Source: Amoebidium appalachense
Taxonomy: Eukaryota > Protista > Ichthyosporea
Assembly (NCBI GenBank): GCA_963693365.1
Contig: CAVNZM010000022.1
Location: 22,197-86,196, forward strand
DNA length: 64,000 nucleotides
Reading direction: 5' to 3'
The notes under the pieces are model-generated. The model searched no databases and had not been told where the DNA came from. It saw only the letters and a list, made by a program, of their open reading frames with translations. Numbering within the stretch: position 1 is the stretch's first letter; every line of letters begins with the position of its first letter. Below are positions 29,380 to 40,106 of this stretch, piece after piece. The position numbers and the translations under genes are program-made.

Positions 29380-31818
29380 CTACAAGGCCGCGGCCGCGTT
29401 GGAGGGGGGCTCGTCGTTGCCGGGGCCGTCGGCGCGATGGCGTCTGCGAGGTGTTTCTTCGTCCCGCCCGTCGCCATCGTCCGCCTCCGACCTCCGCCTT
29501 TTCTGGGCGGATTGCGACTCGAACACTTCCATTAAACCCTTCAACCGGGCGCCGACCCCAGCCTCGATGCGAGATTCTATGTCTTTTTCCAGGTCTTCTT
29601 TTTCCTTGACCAGTTCGGCAATCCTCGAATAATAGGATTCCCATTTCGATTCCCATTTCTGGTTCTTGTTATGTTCAGTCTCATAGTTCTGTGTGGTCTT
29701 TGAAAGCTCCCGTGTGAGTTTGGCCACCTTCCCTATCTGGCCAGCGAGTTCCGTCTCGAGTTCTTTAATTTCCCGCTCGAGGCGTTTTCGCTCCGTTTCC
29801 TTGGTCTCCTTCCATTTCGTATTTTCGGCTTCGAGTTTGCGAACTTTCTCTTCGAGGCCGTTGATCGTTGTCGAGTCCGCGTTGTTACGACGTGTGAGCT
29901 CCTCGATCTTCGCGTCCTTCTCCGCGCTAAGCTTGTCTAATTTTTCCCTCGTCTCTTTTCCTCCCACGACTGCGATCTTCAAATTTTGCTTCAGCGTCGC
30001 GCTTTCCTGCTCGAGCTTAACGATCTGCGCGCGGTGCCGCTCCGAAACCATGCCGACGAGGCGCGTGACGGTGGAAACCACCTCCATAGTGGCCACGGAG
30101 TCGCCGCCGAGTAGACCGGATAGGTCGCTCAAGGGGTCGGCTGAGGGTGGGAGTGCGAGACGCGCGGGCCGTCTAACGTCTTGCTCCTGCTCCTCCGCTC
30201 GCTCCTTCTCAGTCTCTCGTTCTCGTTCGAACTCTCGCTCCGCTCCCTTGTTCTCTTCACGCTCATCTCGCTCCGTTCCCTCGTTCTGTGGATCTCGTTC
30301 CAAATCTCGCTCCTCTCGCACTTGCTCCTCTCTCTCCTTCTCTCGCTCCTCCGCTCGCTCCATCTCTCGTTCCTTCTCTCGCACTCGCTCCTCCGCTTGC
30401 TCCTTCTCTCGCTCCTCCGCCCGCTCCTTCTTCTCTCGCTCCTTCTCTCGCACTCGCTCCTCCGCTTGCTCCTTCTCTCGCTCCTCCGCTTGCTCCTTCT
30501 CTCGCTCCATCTCTCGCTCCTTCTCTCGCACTCGCTCCTCCGCTTGCTCCTTCTCTCGCTCCTTCTTCTCTCGCTCCATCTCTCGCTCCTTCTTCTCTCG
30601 CTCCTTCTTCTCTCGCTCAATCTCTCGCTCCTTCTCTCGCTCCTTCTTCTCTCGCTCCATCTCTCGCTCCTTCTCTCGTTCCATCTCTCGCTCCTTCTCT
30701 CGCTCCTTCTCTCGCCCCCCCCCGTCCTTCTTCTCTCGCTCCTTCTCTCGCTCCTTCTCTCGTTCCATCTCTCGCTCCTTCTCTCGCTCCTTCTCTCTCT
30801 TGTTGTCCTCTCGATCCTTTCGCTTCTTTCGCTCCATTTCTCGATCCAACCTTGCGCTCTCTCGGTTAATTCGCGCCTCCCCTCGCCGCTGACTCTGCAG
30901 CTGTTTCTGTTGCTGGGCCCCAGCAGGCGAATGGAACAGTCCGGTCGTGGAAAATGGTTGGTGTTGCCCCGTGTGTGCCCCAGGAGAGAAGAGTCGTGGC
31001 TGTGCAAATGGTATAGGCTGTGGAGAGGCCTGCAGAGGCCGTGTCATTGGTTGTGGCTGAAACCCGAATTGCCGAGGGTCGAGAGTGTTGGGTAGAATTG
31101 GTCTGTTTTTGGTGCCGCCGGTCGTGGTTTGGGGTCCCGTGGTGGGAGCTGCCGGGGATGCAGAGGACGGTGCTGTCCGGGGTGGAAGATCGAACGGAGA
31201 TGCAGAGGACGGTGCTGTCGCGGGTGGAAGATTGATATCGGGAAACCAATCTACAGGGGGAAAATCTTCCTCTTGTAGGAGCAACCACTCGAAACTTTCA
31301 ATCGCCAACCAATCTATGTCCTGGGGCGGAATTGTCATCGAAGGGCGGAAAGTCTTTCCGGGTGTAAAACGTTGCAAAAATGTTGCCAAAGAACACGGAT
31401 AAACGAACGTGTTCACACCGGTCAAACGTGTAGCCGTTAAAGGTTCAACATAGAGGACTTTCAACTCATCGGCTAAATGCCTTAGTATCCCGGATGCTTT
31501 TCTCAGGCGGAGGAAATCAGAAAGCGAAGGTGTCGTGATGTGTTCATCTGGCTGTGTGCGCGATGAAGAATGTGAAGCAATGTGAATGAAATGGTGGAAC
31601 GGCGTATTTGGTCCTGTTTTTGTAGAAGGTACACAAACGTGGTTGTGGTCTTCTGTGCACTCGCCCAACGCGCACGATTTATCTATAGTCACATCCAAAA
31701 ACACATCATCTCCCCTCGTCACTAACGCTGCCTCAAAATATCGATCTTCACCAACTCTGACTCCAATAGTGCCTGGGGCGTACAGGCGCAATAAGCATGC
31801 AAACTGTGCTCGGTCCAT
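29380..31818 (-). CDS. E/R/K-rich repetitive coiled-coil protein (812 aa)
   Basis: Long ORF; central EREKE/EREME repeats (~30200-30850) and C-terminal coiled coil. Confidence 0.75.
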   Translation of the reverse strand: MDRAQFACLLRLYAPGTIGVRVGEDRYFEAALVTRGDDVFLDVTIDKSCALGECTEDHNHVCVPSTKTGPNTPFHHFIHIASHSSSRTQPDEHITTPSLSDFLRLRKASGILRHLADELKVLYVEPLTATRLTGVNTFVYPCSLATFLQRFTPGKTFRPSMTIPPQDIDWLAIESFEWLLLQEEDFPPVDWFPDINLPPATAPSSASPFDLPPRTAPSSASPAAPTTGPQTTTGGTKNRPILPNTLDPRQFGFQPQPMTRPLQASPQPIPFAQPRLFSPGAHTGQHQPFSTTGLFHSPAGAQQQKQLQSQRRGEARINRESARLDREMERKKRKDREDNKREKEREKEREMEREKEREKEREKKDGGGREKEREKEREMEREKEREMEREKKEREKEREIEREKKEREKKEREMEREKKEREKEQAEERVREKEREMEREKEQAEEREKEQAEERVREKEREKKERAEEREKEQAEERVREKEREMERAEEREKEREEQVREERDLERDPQNEGTERDEREENKGAEREFERERETEKERAEEQEQDVRRPARLALPPSADPLSDLSGLLGGDSVATMEVVSTVTRLVGMVSERHRAQIVKLEQESATLKQNLKIAVVGGKETREKLDKLSAEKDAKIEELTRRNNADSTTINGLEEKVRKLEAENTKWKETKETERKRLEREIKELETELAGQIGKVAKLTRELSKTTQNYETEHNKNQKWESKWESYYSRIAELVKEKEDLEKDIESRIEAGVGARLKGLMEVFESQSAQKRRRSEADDGDGRDEETPRRRHRADGPGNDEPPSNAAAAL

Positions 31819-32269
31819 ATCTCGCGGAGTCTACGAATTCTTACGCATTTTCGGCCTAGCGATTTAGTACATTGTGGCAGCTTATTTGGCCAGGGCTGGG
31901 TTTTGTACGTTTTCTTTTTATCAAAGAGTCGCGCAGCCAATCGTTCACTTCCGATGAACCAACAACCAATCGTTATTTCGATAGGAAATCGGTGATTGGA
32001 TGATATTCAGCCAACAAATGGGCTGTTGCCATGTGTCATTAATGATTGGTTTGTCGAAATGTCTCGCATTTTTCTTGACTTGTTGGATCGCTGATCTTCA
32101 ACCAGTCATATATCTACAAATTGCTTTTCTGTTATTTTAATTGGCTAGACGTCATGCAAGTGTTTTGGGCTAAAAGATTCCCGTGCTGTGATTGGTTGCT
32201 CAATCGTATCACGTTGGAAGATGCATCGGTATGTTGTTTTGCTTTATTGAGTCTCTCGGGTCGGACGTT

Positions 32270-32695
32270 CTACTCCGAGTCGCCGTCGTCGAGGATGGAA
32301 TCTGTTTCTATATAGTTGTCCTTGTCGACGTGTTTGAGTGATTGCTTTGTGGCGAGGTCTTTGTCCGGTATGGCAGTCAGGAAGGATACCAGGTCGTTGG
32401 CCTTTTTCGTGTCCTTGAAGTACGTTTCGAGCTGACGGCGGAGATACTGTTCGCTTAGTTGTGGCTTTTTGATTGATTCTTGAAGAATCAGAAGGTCTTT
32501 CGTGGGAAGCTCGAGTGACCTGACATTTCCAGACGACATGTACTTCAGAATGGCCTTCTTTATAGTATTCATTTTCTTGGTAACAGGTTTTGTCTGTGCC
32601 GCGTGCTCCTTGATCTGTGCGTGGAGGGTTGCATAGTCACGCAAAACGCCCTTCAAGCTCTCTACATTGGAGATCTCGGTGTTTGGTTTTCCCAT
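32270..32695 (-). CDS. Small NCLDV-type protein (DUF5760-like)
   Basis: Pattern Y..L..QIK......K...KK...I...ILKYM....V..L......L......KKPQL....L...L..YF. Confidence 0.55.
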   Translation of the reverse strand: MGKPNTEISNVESLKGVLRDYATLHAQIKEHAAQTKPVTKKMNTIKKAILKYMSSGNVRSLELPTKDLLILQESIKKPQLSEQYLRRQLETYFKDTKKANDLVSFLTAIPDKDLATKQSLKHVDKDNYIETDSILDDGDSE

Positions 32696-32891
32696 TTGCT
32701 ATTACACACACATAATATTTTGTGGTGTTTTCGGCGATGTCGTGGTGCCTACGTCATCGAGTCTTGGTTCTGCTTGCGTCATCGAGTCTTGTTCTGCTTG
32801 CGTCATCGACGATTATAAATGACGATGTCATCGACCGCGAGCCCGACCGACGTTTCGATCATTGGTTGGATTTGTCCGTGTGAACCCCAAG

Positions 32892-34133
32892 ATGCGTTTT
32901 GCGACGACCGGGGCGAGTTGTGTGCCGCTGTGCTTTTTCAACCATCCTGTCGAAGGAGCCTCCGTGTTCCTAGCCCGACCCCGTGCCTACAATCCATTTG
33001 GGGGTGTCGAGAGGTGGAGCCTTGAGACGGGCCCCGTTGGCTTCGCGAGCGCTGGTCTGGCGCGGTTTTGCGAGTTGACCACAGCGTACGTCGTGCTGGT
33101 AGTCGATTATCCGACGTTTGTTGTGTGGGGCAAATGTACAATCTCGTTGGTTAATCGCCATCGCGCGGAACCTGGCGTTGGCCAATCAGCGTTGCTGCGC
33201 GCGTCACCGGGCAGTGCAAACGCGGATAGGCGGGTTGGGGCCGCGTCGGGTGACATACTCGCGCTGGACGTCTTGCTGCCGTTCGATGTAACCGGTGCGC
33301 GTCTCGTTGGATACAGCGGTCGCCACGGGGTCGTGGTATTTTTGATCCACAGCAGCCCAGATCTGGGTGACTGGGCCTGTCCGCAGCTCCGGGGATATGG
33401 GACCGGTACTGCCGGGGCTGGGAAAGGACCCGGGTTGCCGCTTTGGTCGATGGACCGACATGTGGTCTCCGAGCATCCGTGTTCTGTGGGCGACTCACTT
33501 GTTGTGTTGTGTCGGGGAGAGCGAGGATCGACGTTTGTTGTGTCGGTTGATTGGGTCACGGGTGCGCGGAACTGGAGTGTCTGTCTGGGTGGGTGGACGG
33601 GCGCGATGGGGGTGTTGTCGGTGTCGAGTGTCGATATCCGTGTTCTGTACCACAATCATGCGCCAGGTGAGGACGGGACGCTCGCGGTGGTGGACGCGAT
33701 CGGTCTGCGGGACGGCCGACTTCTTGGGGAATGCAGAGTGGATATGCTGACGACTTGTAGACCTCATTGGTGCGGTGATGAAGTCGGGTGTGCATTCTGT
33801 TCAAAGGCACCCCTCGAGCCCACACATCGATACTTTGCCAAGCGTGCGTTATGTACTTGTTGGGTGGATATGTACGAGAGGACGGTGTTGTGCCGCGGGG
33901 GCGACCGATTGTATGTTGGTCGCCTGGGTTTCAGTAGAGGGGATAGCGATGTGCTGATATACGAAGTCGGCGCTGACGATGTGGTGCGTCTTGTCAGCCA
34001 GCATCGCGTGTTTCTGGATGGTGTCGTGCACGCGCTGACCATGAGTGTCGCCAGTCGATTCGTTGTTTTGGGGGCACACGTGACCGCCGATGGAGGGAGT
34101 ATCTTTCAGGTTTTTCGGTGGAAGATCGAGTGA
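32892..34133 (+). CDS. Hypothetical beta-rich protein
   Basis: 414-codon ORF, V/G-rich, segments such as VVSVDWVTGARNWSV reminiscent of a beta-propeller. Confidence 0.55.
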   Translation: MRFATTGASCVPLCFFNHPVEGASVFLARPRAYNPFGGVERWSLETGPVGFASAGLARFCELTTAYVVLVVDYPTFVVWGKCTISLVNRHRAEPGVGQSALLRASPGSANADRRVGAASGDILALDVLLPFDVTGARLVGYSGRHGVVVFLIHSSPDLGDWACPQLRGYGTGTAGAGKGPGLPLWSMDRHVVSEHPCSVGDSLVVLCRGERGSTFVVSVDWVTGARNWSVCLGGWTGAMGVLSVSSVDIRVLYHNHAPGEDGTLAVVDAIGLRDGRLLGECRVDMLTTCRPHWCGDEVGCAFCSKAPLEPTHRYFAKRALCTCWVDMYERTVLCRGGDRLYVGRLGFSRGDSDVLIYEVGADDVVRLVSQHRVFLDGVVHALTMSVASRFVVLGAHVTADGGSIFQVFRWKIE

Positions 34134-34212
34134 TGTGTGGGCTCCTATTGCCCGGTGTACTAACGATTTGAAGCTACACAGCTGGCTATTTTTGTTTTCG
34201 TGCTCGCTTATT

Positions 34213-34351
34213 AGTATTCAATTTACACACCGTGTTCTGTCATTTGGTTTCGGTGTTGGCACTAAGATATGTAATTGCACACCGACATGTGTCGACGGTT
34301 CATAGTCTTTGCTTCTGTTTGCCAGCACTGCCAAAGTTTGTATCCATCAAA
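34213..34351 (+). repeat. ~140-bp non-coding element, inverted copy of 1087-1226
   Basis: About 95% identity to the reverse complement of 1087-1226. Confidence 0.92.
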
Positions 34352-34437
34352 CATTATATATAAACTGTATCTGTATCTGTGTGTTGTTCCCCGTTCCGTG
34401 CATGCTCGATAATAGCAAGTAAAATAATGGGTTAGTC

Positions 34438-35418
34438 TCATATGACCACTGATTCGATGTATCCTCGGGTGGGTGCGGCGTCCCTTGCAGGGCAGCTATG
34501 TGTGTGTTGCATTTGTGTTGTGGATTGTGCGTACGGGTCGAGCTTGCGTTCGTGGCCGACAAAGAAATTTGTCGTGAGAGTCGCGATTGTTCGGCTTGAC
34601 GCGAGTGTCACTTGGTATGCCTTGAGGGATGCACATGCAAATGCTTTGTCGTCGAAGAAAGACTCGCATCTCGCCAGTGTTTTTGAGATTGTTGTCGAGC
34701 TGGATTTGACGGCCGTGACCGTTCCACAGTCGTGCAGTGGAAACGCAACATATGTGCCTTCAAAAGCACCCTTGACGGTCCAACAGGAGCTCTGTCTGTC
34801 TCCAGAGAAGTGGATCAGTCCTGAAGATATTGCCCCGTGAACTGTCCCGTCGTATGTCATCCACGGAGACGATCCGTGTGTGAATACGCGGCCGCCGTGT
34901 ACATCCAGAAATGCAATTCTATGGATGTTTGGGTCCCTCGATGTGGCCGTTTTCTGTTGGGGTTCGTTATTTTCCTGGTAGAGTCTTTTGTAATTGGCGA
35001 GTTCGTGGTGAAGCCTAATGTTATCCTTTTCCGTCTCTTGTAATGAATTTATAAGCCTGTTCTGATTATTTAAGAGCTTGATCGCATTGCTTATTTGCGA
35101 CATGATATTTTCCAATCCCTTCTCGAGTGGATCGTCTTTGGTTTTTTCTGTTGTGCCTGGTTGCAAATGAGCAGCCATCGTCGTGAAATGGTTCAAAATT
35201 TTGAGTGTCTGTGTGGAGGTTCTGTTAAACATGTTTATTATATTTTTAATGTCGTCTATTTTGTTTGGGTCGTCGACATCAGTGCCACCCCCAACTGTTC
35301 CCGATCCAGCGGTGTCGCTTTCTTTTGGCATTTTCGATAACAATCTGACGATGTCATCGTGTGTGGCGCTCAGTGAATTCCGAATTCCGCTTAGAATTTC
35401 TTCGTTGTCGGTTGACAT
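34438..35418 (-). CDS. Hypothetical protein with coiled coil (326 aa)
   Basis: ATG ORF MSTDNEEIL..., starts just beside the 134-bp array. Confidence 0.65.
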   Translation of the reverse strand: MSTDNEEILSGIRNSLSATHDDIVRLLSKMPKESDTAGSGTVGGGTDVDDPNKIDDIKNIINMFNRTSTQTLKILNHFTTMAAHLQPGTTEKTKDDPLEKGLENIMSQISNAIKLLNNQNRLINSLQETEKDNIRLHHELANYKRLYQENNEPQQKTATSRDPNIHRIAFLDVHGGRVFTHGSSPWMTYDGTVHGAISSGLIHFSGDRQSSCWTVKGAFEGTYVAFPLHDCGTVTAVKSSSTTISKTLARCESFFDDKAFACASLKAYQVTLASSRTIATLTTNFFVGHERKLDPYAQSTTQMQHTHSCPARDAAPTRGYIESVVI

Positions 35419-35499
35419 TTCTGCTTATCATTGCTGTGAAAATATCGACACCGCCCGAGCGACAAATTATTGGTCTCGTAACAGACACGCCAATCGGCT

Positions 35500-36962
35500 A
35501 GTCTGGTGGGACGGAAGCACGGGTTCTGTGTGGCGACCAATCGGAACGCGCGGTTGGGGCGTGGTCGTGGTGACGGGGCTGCGGTCAAGAGTAGAAGCAT
35601 CATCGAAGACCCTGTCGTGTCGGACGCGCAATCTGATTGGTGGGACGGAAACACGGGTTCTGTGTGGCGACCAATCGGAACGCGCGGTTGGGGCGTGGTC
35701 GTGGTGACGGGGCTGCGGTCAAGAGTGGCGAGCATCATCGAAGACCCTGTCGTGTCGGACGCGCAATCTGATTGGTGGGACGGAAACACGGGTTCTGTGT
35801 GGCGACCAATCGGAACGCGCGGTTGGGGCGTGGTCGTGGTGACGGGACTGCGGTCAAGAGTAGGAGCATCATCGAAGACCCTGTCGTGTCGGACGCGCAA
35901 TCTGATTGGTGGGACGGAAACACGGGTTCTGTGTGGCGACCAATCGGAACGCGCGGTTGGGGCGTGGTCGTGGTGACGGGACTGCGGTCAAGAGTAGGAG
36001 CATCATCGAAGACCCTGTCGTGTCGGACGCGCAATCTGATTGGTGGGACGGAAACACGAGTTCTGTGTGGCGACCAATCGGAACGCGCGGTTGGGGCGTG
36101 GTCGTGGTGACGGGGCTGCGGTCAAGAGTGGCGAGCATCATCGAAGACCCTGTCGTGTCGGACGCGCAATCTGATTGGTGGGACGGAAACACGGGTTCTG
36201 TGTGGCGACCAATCGGAACGCGCGGTTGGGGCGTGGTCGTGGTGACGGGACTGCGGTCAAGAGTAGGAGCATCATCGAAGACCCTGTCGTGTCGGACGCG
36301 CAATCTGATTGGTGGGACGGAAACACGGGTTTCTGAGTGGCGACCAATCGGAACGCGCGGTTGGGGCGTGGTCGTGGTGACGGGACTGCGGTCAAGAGTA
36401 GAAGCATCATCGAAGACCCTGTCGTGTCGGACGCGCAATCTGATTGGTGGGACGGAAACACGGGTTTCTGAGTGGCGACTAATCGGAACGCGCGGTTGGG
36501 GCGTGGTCGTGGTGACGGGACTGCGGTCAAGAGTAGGAGCATCATCGAAGACCCTGTCGTGTCGGACGCGCAATCTGATTGGTGGGACGGAAACACGGGT
36601 TTCTGAGTGGCGACTAATCGGAACGCGCGGTTGGGGCGTGGTCGTGGTGACGGGACTGCGGTCAAGAGTAGGAGCATCATCGAATACCCTGTCGTGTCGG
36701 ACGCGCAATCTGATTGGTGGGACGGAAACACGGGTTTCTGAGTGGCGACTAATCGGAACGCGCGGTTGGGGCGTGGTCGTGGTGACGGGACTGCGGTCAA
36801 GAGTAGGAGCATCATCGAAGACCCTGTCGTGTCGGACGCGCAATCTGATTGGTGGGACGGAAACACGGGTTTCTGAGTGGCGACTAATCGGAACGCGCGG
36901 TTGGGGCGTGGTCGTGTGGTCAAGAGTTCGAAGACCCTATCGTGTCGAACGCGCAATCTGAT
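35500..36962. repeat. Tandem array, ~11 x 134-135 bp
   Basis: tggtgggacggaaacacgggtt...gaagaccctgtcgtgtcggacgcgcaatctgat units starting ~35504, 35638, 35773 ... 36850. Confidence 0.97.
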
Positions 36963-37197
36963 GTGTGATATTTCTGTTGTTGTTTTTTTTTGTTAATTTA
37001 TCCTCCTTCTGTGATTGATGTACAACAATCTTAAACCGGGCGGTCCAATTAATGGGTGTCTCTTGATACTTTGTTTTTGTCGCTACGTTGTGTGTCTCCT
37101 GGCTATAAGAAGTGTTGCGTGTGTGTCAGTATGCTCATCCTACAGTCGCAGCTTTCTCTTCACATCTACTCTAGCTCTCAACGAGGCTGTTTTCAAC

Positions 37198-38399
37198 ATG
37201 TCTAACCTTAGCTCTCGAGACTACGACTTGGGGGTTGATGGTGCTGCAATCGAGGCGGCCCTTGCCATTCCTAGGAATGTCAAAAACCTTGTGCGCGTTG
37301 CTGGGTTCGGATGTGTTGTCCGTGATCTGATGGCTACTTTTGCCGACTATACCCACGACGAGGGGCTCAAGGAAATCCTTTCTGCTATCAAGTGTATGTT
37401 ACCTGAAGGGATACCGCAATACCCGAGGGGTTTCACTTCAGAAGACGAAGAGAGTCTGAGGACCGCCATCGTTTCTTACTGCAAGAGTAGCAACCGCAAC
37501 GCCAAGATTGCTCGGAATGTCGAATCACGTGCCGGTGATCTCGCCCAGTCTATGGGTGCCGCCCCCATGGCCCCGCCTCAAGATGTCGCCCCCATCGCCC
37601 CGCCTCAAGATGTCGCCCCCATGGTTCCGCCTCAAGATGTCGACACCGAGATGGCCGAGCAAGACCCAGATGATACTAAGGCGGGTGATCACAATTCGGC
37701 AAGGAGCTCCAGTAGTAGGTCTGATACCGAATCGTCTTCGTCTTCATCTGATGACGATGACAACGATGACAACGATGACAACGATGACAACAAGGGGGCT
37801 ATCTGTCTCAAAGAGTTCAACAGTCTTATGCAGAAGAATCGTGAGAGCCAGGACAACGTGGTTATCGATGTGCCAGCCTCGCGGTTTGCTATGTTCGATG
37901 AACTGGGCAATCCGATCTTTGTCGAGTCACGCCATCCAATCGCCGCCCCCCAAACCGCTCCGATCGATGTTTCCTCTGACGATGACACCACTCAAGATCG
38001 TCCGCCTGTCGCTCAGCCCGTTGTCTCTAATGGGATCAGTAAGACCACTGGCCGCAAGTTGGCGATTCCATCGGTGGGCAAGACCCCCCCGGGACTGCCG
38101 AGGCACTTCGGAAGATCGCGAATGCCGGTGTTCAAAAGCACTCCAAGCCCAAGAAGTCTAAGCCCAAGAAGTCTGAGAAGTCTAAGTCGGCTCCCTCGCC
38201 CCAATCGCCCGCACCCAACAACATTGCCGACTGTAATAACCCAGAGAGTAGAAAACGTGCATTTTCTGAATATATGGATACTTGCAAGAATATTTGTAAA
38301 CTGGCAAAGAAGAATATATTGACACAGGAGCAGGCTAAACAGTTTAAAATTGCGGCCTGGCAGAAGAGAATCGAAGACGAGTCAAAGCCTGATGAATAG
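37198..38399 (+). CDS. Hypothetical low-complexity protein; probable frameshift near 38080-38140
   Basis: ORF MSNLSSRD with APPQDVAP repeats and acidic tract; another frame continues KPKKSKPKKSEKS...RKRAFSEYM...DE* at 38399. Confidence 0.65.
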
Positions 38400-38654
38400 G
38401 TTTTGTGTTGCTTTACGATGTGTTACACGGATGTAAATCATGTCATTAGTGTCGATGTATGCGTGTTCTTAGTCTTAACAGTAGATTCGGCTTCTATTAG
38501 TATGCATATGTGTTTCTGTGCTTGTTTCTTATATCGACTTGGCTTGTCAATATATATATATATATATGTAAAAAGTTTCATTGTGTTGTTACTCGATATG
38601 TTTGGTGAATATTTTTAAATAAACCCCCCCCCCCCCCCCCCGGCCCCCGGCCCC

Positions 38655-39160
38655 CCTGCCTCACGTGCCTCACGTGCCCCCCCTGCCTCACGTGCCCCCC
38701 TGCCTCACGTGCCTCACGTGCCCCCCCTGCCCCCCCTGCCTCACCTGCCTCACGTGCCTCACCTGCCTCACGTGCCCCCCCCCTGCCCCCCCTGCCTCAC
38801 GTGCCCCCCCCTGCCTCACGTGCCTCACGTGCCCCCCCCCCCCCTGCCCGGGTCAAGACTTAGCTCGTGTAGACTTAGCTTTTTTCTCTCTCTCTCTCTC
38901 TCGTGTAGACTTAGCTTTTTTCTCTCTCTCTCTCTCTCGTGTAGACTTAGCTTTTTTCTCTCTCTCTCTCTCGTGTAGACTTAGCTTTTTTCTCTCTCTC
39001 TCTTTTCTCTCTCTCTCTCTCTCTCGTGTAGACTTAGCTTTTTTCTCTCTCTCTCTCTCTCTCGTGTAGACTTAGCTTTTTTCTCTCTCTCTCTTTTCTC
39101 TCTCTCTCTCTCTCTCGTGTGGACTTAGCTTTCTCTCTCTCTCTCTCTCTCTCTCTGTCT
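38655..39160. repeat. Compound repeat: (tgcctcacg)n followed by [tcgtgtagacttagc(t)n(ct)n] x~7
   Basis: Directly visible. Confidence 0.9.
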
Positions 39161-39248
39161 GTGCCCGTGTCCATACTTAGACGTTTTGCTCCCTGTCCCC
39201 GTTCCCCGTTCCCGGCCTATTTCTGATTGGTTTCTTGTCTTTACTTTA

Positions 39249-40106
39249 TTAGGCAAATAGGCGCGTGATGCTGTTGGTCGGGACACACAGCTTGCCGGTG
39301 GGTCGGGCAGTGACGTCAGCCACGAATCTGGGCGCGATGATTGGCTTCACTTCCGGCTCTGGAATGTGTGGCTCCATCAACACCTCGAAGTCTTGCACCA
39401 TGCTTGGGTCGGTCCAGCCACGTGCCTGTGTGCAGTAAACACGCCAATGGGCTCTCGCCACGTGCACGGCCTCCGTGTAGTCGGTGTATGTGCCGATCTT
39501 GTGGTATTGCCCTTTCTTGTGCGCCATTGGAAACCTCACCTCGAAATAACCTTCGCGGGTGTTAACGAACCGGCATGGCTGCCCTGCGATTCGTTTCTTG
39601 AGTTGGTTGTACTCAGTCGGCCGTATGCAGAGATTGGTCCGTCGGTTGTCGGCTTTTGATTGGTTTCGGTGATCGATCTGTAAGCCGCCACTTGTGGTGA
39701 TAAGGCCTTGGAAATAGCACACCAGTTGATGAGCCGTTGGTGCCTCTGTTTCGTGTTGGTTCCACCCGGGCAGGTACAGCCGCAGATAGCCTCCACTGCT
39801 ACATACCCATCCCACACGTGTCGCCCATGCCATGTCCTCTTCAGAGAAACGCCAATCGCACCCATCCATGTGTATCTTATCAGCACCCACTACCTGCATC
39901 TCATTGGCTTCACTCCACGTGTGCATCACCGGCTCGTCATCCTTATCGTACCAGTACAGTCCGAATCCACCGCCCTTTGCCCTGTTGGCTTCATACCATG
40001 AAATTAACTGGCTGGGCTCGTATATGCATAGAGCCACCAGAAATTTACACCATTGCGGTGCTTTGTGTATATTGTCGTTGTTCACTACCTGCTGCACTGG
40101 CAACAT
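39249..40106 (-). CDS. HNH endonuclease with AP2-like C-terminal domain
   Basis: HQLV...QIDHRNQSKADNRRTNL.....YN; then FEVRF...YHKIGTYTDYTEA...A. Confidence 0.85.
   Translation of the reverse strand: MLPVQQVVNNDNIHKAPQWCKFLVALCIYEPSQLISWYEANRAKGGGFGLYWYDKDDEPVMHTWSEANEMQVVGADKIHMDGCDWRFSEEDMAWATRVGWVCSSGGYLRLYLPGWNQHETEAPTAHQLVCYFQGLITTSGGLQIDHRNQSKADNRRTNLCIRPTEYNQLKKRIAGQPCRFVNTREGYFEVRFPMAHKKGQYHKIGTYTDYTEAVHVARAHWRVYCTQARGWTDPSMVQDFEVLMEPHIPEPEVKPIIAPRFVADVTARPTGKLCVPTNSITRLFA

Noticed and set aside
29693-31095. Ser/Arg-, Leu- and Pro/Ala-rich plus-strand ORFs
   Set aside because: Antisense readings of the EREKE repeat gene
35500-36962. CRISPR-like array or coding ORFs (324, 351, 272 aa)
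   Set aside because: No variable spacers; 134/135-bp units shift frame, so the ORFs are artefacts
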